Made by a program: the position numbers and the translations under genes. Of a DNA stretch of 6,876 nucleotides, positions 1 to 6,534 are shown piece after piece (position 1 is the first letter of the stretch; every line of letters starts with the position of its first letter). Location: positions 1 through 6,876 of the forward strand of contig NW_021828974.1 in NCBI RefSeq assembly GCF_006345805.1, given 5' to 3'. The notes beneath the pieces were generated by a model. That model was given only the letters and a program-made list of their open reading frames with translations. It did no database searches and was not told where the DNA came from. This DNA is from Octopus sinensis (Eukaryota).

Positions 1-366
1 ATGTTTGTGTAAAAAATACATGGAAAATACATCCACAAGGACTTCAACCACCCTCAGCTGGAATTACAAACCTGGTGTGTGTGTGTGGAAGAGACTGTGT
101 TACGGGATATGTTTGTGTAAAAAATTCATGGAAAATACATCCACAAGGACTTCAACCACCCTCAGCTGGAATCACAACCTGGTGTGTGCGTGTGTGTGTG
201 TGTTGTGTGTGTGAAGAGACTGTGTTACGGGATATATTTGTGTAAAAAATACATGGAAAATACATCTACAAGGATTTCAACCACCCTCAGCTGGAATTAC
301 AAACCTGGTGTGTGTGTGGAAGAGACTATGTTACGGGATATGTTTGTGTAAAAAATACATGGAAAA
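1..366. repeat. Composite minisatellite, 3 full units plus 1 partial (108, 125, 106, 27 bp), each containing a variable (GT)n tract; probably continues past the left edge
   Basis: Units start at 1, 109, 234 and 340 with at(g/a)tttgtgtaaaaa(a)tacatggaaaa. They continue atacatccacaaggacttcaaccaccctcagctggaa...cctgg(tg)n gaagagactgtgttacgggat. Length differences lie mainly in the (TG)n tract. Confidence 0.95.
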
Positions 367-380
367 GGTTGGTGTGTTTA

Positions 381-582
381 CTATAAAATATGCTAGTGGA
401 AATTGTGTGCCATTATTATAAAACATGCATGGGAAAGATTATAAGTTAGTGTAAAATAGTGGATGAGGCTGGGAGACTTTGGTCTGTTAGTGTAGAATAT
501 ACATTAGTAAGGCTGTGGCGGATTAGAGTAGAATATAGATGTGTGGAAGTTGGGAGATGATAGTGTAAGATATACATGGAAA
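381..582. repeat. Degenerate ~36-bp tandem array related to the start of the 108-bp unit
   Basis: A (g)tgtaa(a/g)atatacatggaaa-like motif recurs at ~381, 417, 448, 489, 527 and 562. The copy at 563-582 (gtgtaagatatacatggaaa) matches the minisatellite segment gtgtaaaaaatacatggaaa at 18/20. Confidence 0.55.
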
Positions 583-625
583 TTATGAATCATTGTGTAT
601 CAGTTTGGAATAAATGGCATTAATT

Positions 626-1126
626 TGTGTGTCGGTGCGCGTGCAATGTGCGGTTAGCTTAGTGCATTTGTACCTATTTTTGTGTGATTTTAGTTGTGTG
701 TATGTATTGTGTGTTTAGTTGGATGAGTGGGTGTATTAGTGGGTTGTGCGTTTAAATGTATGTGTATGTATGTTTGTGCGTGTGTGTGTGTGCGTGTGTG
801 TGTATAGTTGTGTTTGTATGTGAGTGTTTGGTTGTGTTTGTGTGTGTTTGTCTGGCTATGTATGTGTGTGTGTTTAGTTGTGTTTGTGTGCGAGTGTTTG
901 GTTGTGTTTGTATGCGTTTGGTTGTGTACGTGTGTGTGTGTTTGCGTGTATCTCTGCATTTTGATGTTTTGATGACTATGTGCGTGTGTTAAGTTGTATA
1001 TGTGCATATGAGTGTGTGTGTGTGTATGTGTGTGTGTCGAGTTGTGCTTGCTTGTGTGCGAATGTGTACGTGCTTGTGTGTTAATGTGTGTGTGTGTGTT
1101 AATGTTTGTGTGTGTGTGTGTGTGTG
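626..1126. repeat. Long degenerate (GT)n / (GTTT)(GT)n low-complexity tract
   Basis: Almost entirely G and T, with recurring gtgtttggttgtgtttg. It generates the His/Thr and Val/Cys ORFs 690-1007 and 756-992. Confidence 0.95.
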
Positions 1127-1246
1127 CAGTCTAATTTAATTTCTGCTTAACTTACCTAACAAATAAACACTGGCAGATCAGGAGGAGACTTTGCCCCGAG
1201 GTATGTCTGTCTGAGTGGCTGACTGCCTGTTTACACATTATGTACA

Positions 1247-1267
1247 CAGACAGACAGACAGACAGAC
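1247..1267. repeat. (CAGA)5 microsatellite
   Basis: cagacagacagacagacagac. Confidence 0.95.
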
Positions 1268-1445
1268 CACCAACCGGCAGTGTGTTAGAAATAGATGTGA
1301 CGTGGAGTGGTAGACATTGGCTGAATCATCTACGAAGCGAAATTATTTGTCATCTTCGTTGTTGCTGCTACAATTTAACCCCAGGCTAGACCTGGTTAAC
1401 AGAGCTATGATCAAATATTCTCCAGTCACATCTTTTTCTTCAGTG

Positions 1446-1576
1446 ATATATATATATACATACATACATACATGCATGCATACATACATACATACATACA
1501 TACACACATATCACATATATTATGTATGTATGTATGTATTTATGTATGTATGTATGTATGTATGTAATGTATTATT

Positions 1577-1648
<72 letters not shown>
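1446..1648. repeat. Compound microsatellite (TA)n-(TACA)n-(TATG)n-(TA)n
   Basis: Read directly: (TACA)n 1457-1502, (TATG)n 1521-1566, (TA)n ~1586-1648. Confidence 0.95.
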
Positions 1649-1651
<3 letters not shown>

Positions 1652-1837
1652 AGAGTTTACGAAAAAAACAAAAAAAAAAAAAAGACAGGTGTGTACAACA
1701 AACACATGTATTAGTATAACCCTCAGGAATAGAAAAATGTCTTTTACGTTTCGAGCCTACGCTCTTCTACAGAAAGGGACACAGAAAAAACAAGGAGAGA
1801 AAAATGTGTGTAGTGGCTAACGATCTATCATGGCGAC
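1647..1837 (-). mobile_element. Short Penelope-like element (PLE) terminal-repeat remnant carrying a minimal hammerhead
   Basis: The minus strand contains CTTT-CTGTAGAA-GAGC-GTAG-GCTC-GAAA-CG-TA-AAAG, the architecture of PLE-associated minimal hammerheads. It ends ...aaactctccct directly into (TA)n. Boundaries are approximate, and the right boundary rests on my recollection of an Octopus repeat consensus. Confidence 0.6.
1741..1776 (-). ncRNA. Variant minimal type I hammerhead ribozyme (dimer-dependent stem III)
   Basis: Minus strand: stem I CUUU(1776-1773)/AAAG(1744-1741). Core CUGUAGA plus an extra A (1772-1765). Stem II GAGC/GCUC with a GUAG loop (1764-1753). GAAA at 1752-1749. Palindromic ACGU in place of a stem III hairpin. 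GUA cleavage triplet at 1747-1745. Deviates from canonical CUGANGA at position 6 (U for A). Confidence 0.65.
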
Positions 1838-2192
1838 TGATCACGAGCAGAAGTAGTGGGGGAGCATCATAGCCATGTGTTGAGAAGGATTCTTTGGGGT
1901 TTGAATAATTCACCTCTGGAAACATGGATGTTTCGTTCAACATCCTTAAACAACTCTTATTCAGGGACCATTTGAGCGGGATGGGTTACTCGGTCAGAAG
2001 AAAATTCTAACTAGGCCCCACCTGCAAGGTCATGCGCTGTTTATCTTGATATGAGATCACCATGTCGCGCACATATGGTTGTGATGCATGTGCCTGGTGT
2101 ACCCTTATCAAACGGGTAGTCACGATGAGTATACTGGGCTTCGTATATTTTACCCCAGTGTCACTTTGATGGCATGCACTACTCTCTCACTC

Positions 2193-2228
<36 letters not shown>
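1838..2228 (+). mobile_element. Interspersed repeat with structured 3' end and (AAT)12 tail; probable non-LTR retroelement 3' end or SINE-like element, family unassigned
   Basis: A higher-complexity, GC-richer block ends ...ctctctcactc followed by (AAT)12 at 2193-2228, with several hairpins just upstream of the tail. I recall this sequence as a high-copy Octopus repeat (not verified). Codons 1874-1894 read HVLRRIL, similar to the R4-type ORF terminus at 3181-3207. Confidence 0.5.
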
Positions 2229-2413
2229 CCTTTCTACTGGAGGCACAAGGCCTCAAATTTGTGGGGTCGGAAGTAGTCGATTATACCTGAACTAGTACTT
2301 AATTTATCGACTCCGAAAGGTTGAAAGGCAAATCAGAACATAAGCGACGGGCGAAATATCGCTAAGCATTACCTCCAGTGTACTAAGGATTCTTTCCTGT
2401 CAGCTCGCCACTT
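2228..2413 (-). mobile_element. tRNA-derived SINE, family A, internally deleted copy (B box lost)
   Basis: Colinear with 3424-3642; the first 34 nt match at 32/34. After ggcaaa it lacks the 23-nt gtcgacctcggcggaatttgaac segment containing the B box. Flanked by (AAT)n on both sides. Confidence 0.9.
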
Positions 2414-2417
2414 TGAC

Positions 2418-2469
<52 letters not shown>

Positions 2470-2510
2470 TAATTATAATAAGATAATAACAACATAAAAT
2501 TAATAATAAT
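2418..2510. repeat. (AAT)n microsatellite, pure to ~2468 then degenerate
   Basis: Direct reading. Confidence 0.95.
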
Positions 2511-2793
2511 GATTTCTTTGAGCGTATATCTGAAGCTCCTGAGGCACTTATTTTAAAGACCAGCTCCATCTGTTCCCGGTTATCTAATTCCTTATATCAA
2601 CCTATTTTGCTTAAGTCCATCACCTCCTACACAAGCGTGTGTGTGTGTATCAATGTGCACGATTTTGTTTTTGTAAATGTGTCTGTATATATATATGTAT
2701 ATGCATTCCTTTCACGTATATCTATTTATTATAAACTAATTTGATAGTTCCACAACGATGGCGTACATTATTTACTCTCTCCTCCCCTCTTCT

Positions 2794-2822
2794 ACCACCA
2801 CCACCCCACCACCACCACCACA
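2794..2822. repeat. (CCA)n microsatellite preceded by a C/T-rich tract
   Basis: accaccaccaccccaccaccaccaccaca. Confidence 0.9.
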
Positions 2823-2962
2823 AACCCTGCCATCAACAGCCTCGCATTTGAAGAGAATGGACAATAAAGCGAATATTTTCACTGACCGATCTTTGAACCT
2901 AGACATTAGAAAATTTTATTAAGAGGTTGTGAGACTGGCTTTTTATTGTGCAGTGCATTGTC

Positions 2963-2965
2963 AAT

Positions 2966-3010
<45 letters not shown>
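2963..3010. repeat. (AAT)n microsatellite, 5' flank of the R4/Dong-like insertion
   Basis: Direct reading. Confidence 0.95.
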
Positions 3011-3011
<1 letters not shown>

Positions 3012-3379
3012 GACCTGCTAATAGAAATTGAAAAAATGTGGCATCTCTGGGCGACTACAGTACAAGTGATTGTAGGATCTCTAGGAATGATAAAAAAAAG
3101 GTACTGAAACCTATTTGAAAATGATTCCAGGCTTACCATCCCTACAGGAAGTGCAAAAAATCGTATTAACTGGAACGGCTCATGTACTGAGAAGAGCACT
3201 ATCGTTGTGAAAATAACATCCATCCATGAATTTATTATTTGTTATTTTTTAAATACATATTTATCTGTGATTTGCATGTGTAATCTGGGAATGCTCTTCT
3301 CTGCCTAGTTGTATGGAACACTCGGCGAGAAACGGAGAAATTTGAAGAAAGAAGGAAAGAACAATAATAAAAATAATAC

Positions 3380-3411
<32 letters not shown>

Positions 3412-3423
3412 TAATAAAAATAA
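3009..3423 (+). mobile_element. 5'-truncated RLE-type non-LTR retrotransposon (R4/Dong-like): ORF C-terminus, 3' UTR and (AAT)n tail; frameshifted and dead
   Basis: 3009-3098 reads KDLLIEIEKMWHLWATTVQVIVGSLGMIKK. There is one extra A at 3099 in the A-run. 3100-3210 then reads GTETYLKMIPGLPSLQEVQKIVLTGTAHVLRRALSL*. This fits the KY.DL..EI..MW...VIVG.LG...QK..L.GTA.ILRR C-terminus of R4-clade ORFs. 3' UTR 3211-3362, then (AAT)n 3363-3423. Not in the ORF track. Confidence 0.85.
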
Positions 3424-3642
3424 TCCTGTCTACTGGAAGCACAAGGCCTCAAATTTGAGGGAAGGTATCAAGTCGATTACATCGACTCCAGTGCATGACT
3501 GGTACTTATTTGATCGACCCCCAAGAGGACGGAAGGCAAAGTCGACCTCGGCGGAATTTGAACTCAGAACGTAGCGACTGGCGAAATACCGCTAAGCATT
3601 TTTTTGACCAGCGTGCTAAACGATTCTGCCAGCTCGCTGCCT
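3424..3642 (-). mobile_element. tRNA-derived SINE, family A, near full-length copy
   Basis: Minus strand begins AGGCAGCGAGC. A-box-like TGGCAGAATCG at 3631-3621 and B-box-like GAGTTCAAATTCC at 3565-3553. The central GCCTTCCGTCCT...GGTCGATCAAATAAGTACCAG resembles the MetaSINE central domain as I recall it. (TTA)n tail. Second copy at 2228-2413. Confidence 0.9.
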
Positions 3643-3697
3643 CAACAACAACAACAACAACAACAACAACAGCAGCAGCAGCAACAACAACAACAAC
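3643..3697. repeat. (CAA)n-(CAG)n-(CAA)n microsatellite
   Basis: Direct reading; abuts the SINE head. Confidence 0.95.
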
Positions 3698-3748
3698 ATC
3701 TTTTCATATTTTGAGGGACAAGGATAGTTCAAATATTAGCCTCATTGT

Positions 3749-3850
3749 TATGTACGTATATATATATATATATGTATTTAAAAAATATATGTATGAATGT
3801 ATGTATAAATATGTATACATAAATACATATATATTTATACATACGTACAT
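3749..3850. repeat. Degenerate (TA)n/(TATG)n low-complexity tract
   Basis: Direct reading. Confidence 0.85.
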
Positions 3851-4374
3851 CCAAAGAGACATGTAATTGAGGAAAACACTTCAATGTCATCGTTTTGCAT
3901 ACCAAATATACTAAAACACAAATACAATAAGGTCTTACATACGTAATAGTTAGAGAGGTCATTAACTAAGATTATCCATGCAATTAATTGATAAAACTCA
4001 TTCCGTAGGTGTTTAGTTTAAAGTATAAAATCCAATAACTAAGAAAATAACTTGGATAAGTTTAATAGCTCGAAATTTTCGGAAAAGATAGCCAATGCAA
4101 AACTCAGTCTTGCCACCGGAATAGAATTCGGGATCGGGAATTATCCAGCAAATTTTTTGGCTAGTTTATTTTGTCTCTTTGTCTTCTCTCCTGGTGCTTT
4201 ATGAACATTTAATGTGGTTTTAGAGTCAATTTTTGACTGCTATATCCAGCGTGGTGGTATCTCTTAGATACCCTAAATTATAATTTTAAATAATTATTAC
4301 CGTTGAAAGTTTTTATTCCCATGCTGGCCACCTGATAAATCTCGGTACTTTAATATCGATCTTATCCTTATTCA

Positions 4375-4393
4375 TATAATTTTATATATATAT

Positions 4394-4440
<47 letters not shown>

Positions 4441-4444
4441 TATA

Positions 4445-4495
<51 letters not shown>

Positions 4496-4500
4496 AATAT
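4375..4500. repeat. (TA)n followed by (AAT)n microsatellite
   Basis: Direct reading. Confidence 0.95.
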
Positions 4501-4570
4501 TAGGGAGTATGGCTCCAAACTTACAGGGAAAAATTAGATTTAGGATTAAATCAAATTTCACAGTATAAAA

Positions 4571-4940
4571 TATAAAATATGAATTAGAGATAAAACCACT
4601 ATTATGCAATTCAAACAGTGATAGATATAAACCAATAGATAAATAACAAATAATATAAATATAATTAATATAATATATAATATATATATATAATTTTTCC
4701 CCCCAAAAGTATAAAAGTAATGATAAATATAATATAATAAGTAAAAACACAATACAATATAATATAATAAATAAAAATACTTATTTATATTATATTTATA
4801 ACTACTTTTATACTTTTTGGAAAAAAAAATTATATATATATATCATATATTATATTAATTATATACATTATTTGTTATTTATGTATTGGTTTATGTCTAT
4901 CACTGTTTGAGTTGCATAATAGTGGTTTTATCTCTAATTC

Positions 4941-4950
<10 letters not shown>
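4571..4950. repeat. Long inverted repeat (foldback): arms 4571-4743 and 4778-4950, ~34-nt spacer
   Basis: 4571-4650 matches the reverse complement of 4871-4950 at 77/80. The match continues through AT-rich sequence with small indels to ...aataagta / tacttattt.... Confidence 0.95.
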
Positions 4951-4971
<21 letters not shown>

Positions 4972-5173
4972 CCCAACGCTAATAACACCATATTGTGAGA
5001 TGTATTCTCTCCGCTAGTCAGCCTTACATGTGAATTTTCCATGGCCAGGGACATGAAAATCTGCGTAACAGATTACTGTTACTATGTCAGATATTCTTTG
5101 ATATATTTATTTTGTATATCAACGTTAGAAGATTTGGAAACACGCAAACAGTCACGCAAACACCGTGCGCCTC

Positions 5174-5264
5174 TGTATGTGTATGTGTGTATGTGTGTGT
5201 GTGTGTATGTGTGTGTGTGTGTGTGTGTATGTCTGTGTGTGTGTGTGTGTGGTGTGTGTTTGTG
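5174..5264. repeat. (GT)n/(GTAT) microsatellite
   Basis: Direct reading. Confidence 0.95.
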
Positions 5265-5475
5265 TCCGTCCGTCCAGAACTGGGTTAATATTCCCATTTT
5301 CCTTACGCGCGGGAGATGGAATGTGGACGGGAGAAAAATGTTTCTGTGTTACGATAAATTGCTAGAATGTTTAGTATTCAGACCGGAACTTGTAAATGAG
5401 TAAAAGAGGAAAAGAATGATGTACATCATAAATGATATCTCTGTCTTCCTTGTTCCAACCAATGAATCCTTTATA

Positions 5476-5487
5476 CGCACACATACA

Positions 5488-5530
<43 letters not shown>

Positions 5531-5587
5531 CCACACACACACACACACACATACACACATGTATATATATGTGCGCATATATATTAT

Positions 5588-5636
<49 letters not shown>

Positions 5637-5648
5637 ATATTATATATA
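5476..5648. repeat. Compound (GCAC)n-(CA)n-(TA)n microsatellite
   Basis: Direct reading. Confidence 0.95.
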
Positions 5649-6089
5649 AATCAGTAAATAGTGGGGTTGTGTTAACCGCACGTGGAGAAATGATAGGAAA
5701 GGAAAAAAATTACAATGCAGAATGCTAAATTGAAAGTAATTTTTATAAAAATGGGTGTATGAAAAATTAAAAAAGAAAAAATAATAAATCAAACCGGTTT
5801 TCATTGCAAGGCATCTGCCTTATAATTTTTCCTTCCTTTCTTATATATATATATCTCATAGGATATATATATATATATATCCCATAGGCTGGGATTTCGT
5901 TATTTTCTGCCTTTTTTGCCATATACAGCTTACAAATTCTGTTTGTTTGTGGAGACTTTTATTAGTAGAGGAAATTGTGATCAATTTTGGCTGCTATTTC
6001 GAATATTTTCGGTATGTGGTTTTGAGCAACTTGTTGCATTTAACCCTTAATTATAATTATATATATATATATGTATGTATGTATGTATG

Positions 6090-6266
6090 TTAAGTTAAGT
6101 TAAAAGCAAAAAGCAAGGCCATGTAGGGGGACAGGGAGTTATGTACTGGGAGGGTGCTCATGCAAAGAGTTCAGGCCATTTCTGGTCAAGAGAGACTTTG
6201 AACCGAGCGGTCGTCGGCATCTTCACTATCTCGTCCGGCAGCTTATTCCACGGATCCGCAAACCCG
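6090..6266 (-). mobile_element. 5'-truncated CR1-type LINE 3' end (ORF2 C-terminus, short 3' UTR, (TAACT)n-like tail) inside (ATGT)n
   Basis: Minus frame 6265-6158 reads GFADPWNKLPDEIVKMPTTARFKVSLDQKWPELFA*, matching the CR1/L2-group ORF2 terminal motif RV...WN.LP..VV....FK..LD..W. CGGGTTTGCG would read R-V-A without one extra T. The tail ttaacttaacttaa lies at 6103-6090. (ATGT)n flanks both sides. Not in the ORF track. Confidence 0.85.
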
Positions 6267-6291
6267 ATGTATGTATGTATGTATGTATGTG

Positions 6292-6425
6292 GGCGCAGGA
6301 ATAGCTGTGTGGTAAGAAGCCACATGGTTCTGGCTTAATTTCTTCTACTATAGCCACGGGCTGACCAAAGCCTTGTTGGTGGATTTGGTAGGTGGAAACT
6401 GAAAGAAGCCAGTCGTTTATATATT
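6292..6425 (+). mobile_element. tRNA-derived SINE, family B (CORE-type), internally deleted copy
   Basis: Head ggcgcagga with A-box-like TAGCTGTGTGG (6302-6312). 6341-6416 matches 6776-6851 at 65/76. The B-box/CORE segment is missing relative to the second copy and to the consensus as I recall it. Confidence 0.85.
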
Positions 6426-6480
6426 TACGATTAAGCTCGCTCACAAAAAGCGTTATTTTTAGCGTTTGCAGTTATGAAAG

Positions 6481-6534
6481 TTTTCAATTGCTATTTTTCG
6501 TGAAATATTTTCAATTGCTATTTTTCGTGAAATA
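6481..6534. repeat. Perfect 27-bp tandem duplication
   Basis: ttttcaattgctatttttcgtgaaata x2 (6481-6507, 6508-6534). Confidence 0.97.

Noticed and set aside
1-366. CRISPR-like array
   Set aside because: The whole unit repeats, the variable part is (GT)n rather than unique spacers, the unit is too long, and the context is eukaryotic with no cas genes.
1914-1965. Second hammerhead on the minus strand (CTGAATAA...CGAAACatccatGTTTCC)
   Set aside because: Stem I cannot pair next to the core, stem II is not convincing and the core lacks G8. It is better explained as a simple GAAAC/GTTTC hairpin.
2514-2645. Open plus frame FERISEAPEALILKTSSICSRL...
   Set aside because: About 42 codons, with no start, no convincing splice pair and no recognisable motif; within chance.
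3545-3642. tRNA gene
   Set aside because: A- and B-box-like motifs are present, but I see no complete cloverleaf and the sequence continues into a SINE body and tail that is repeated at 2228-2413.
3495-3866. 123-aa ORF with poly-Thr/Ala
   Set aside because: It is the antisense of the family A SINE read through (CAA)n and TA repeats.
4110-4170. Very degenerate minus-strand B-box-like stretch (gatcccgaattctattccggtggc)
   Set aside because: Too diverged and without a credible A box or SINE body; cannot be supported.
4256-4272. Hairpin GGTATCT-CTT-AGATACC as a terminator or regulatory element
   Set aside because: A single 7-bp stem with no U-tract in eukaryotic DNA; plausible by chance.
4571-4950. 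Classical MITE call for the foldback
   Set aside because: No target-site duplication is evident, the left arm runs on into further non-repeat sequence, and the ends match no transposon TIR I recognise. Reported only as an inverted repeat.
5270-5330. Imperfect hairpin (ccgtcca/tggacgg) as a pre-miRNA
   Set aside because: A large asymmetric bulge and discontinuous pairing are unlike a Drosha/Dicer substrate.
4226-6000. Shared ~20-nt motif at 4226-4246 and 5981-6000 (tcaatttt(t)g(a/g)ctgctat(a/t)tc)
   Set aside because: Short and AT-rich, and the similarity does not extend into the flanks. It may be an old repeat trace but cannot be supported here.
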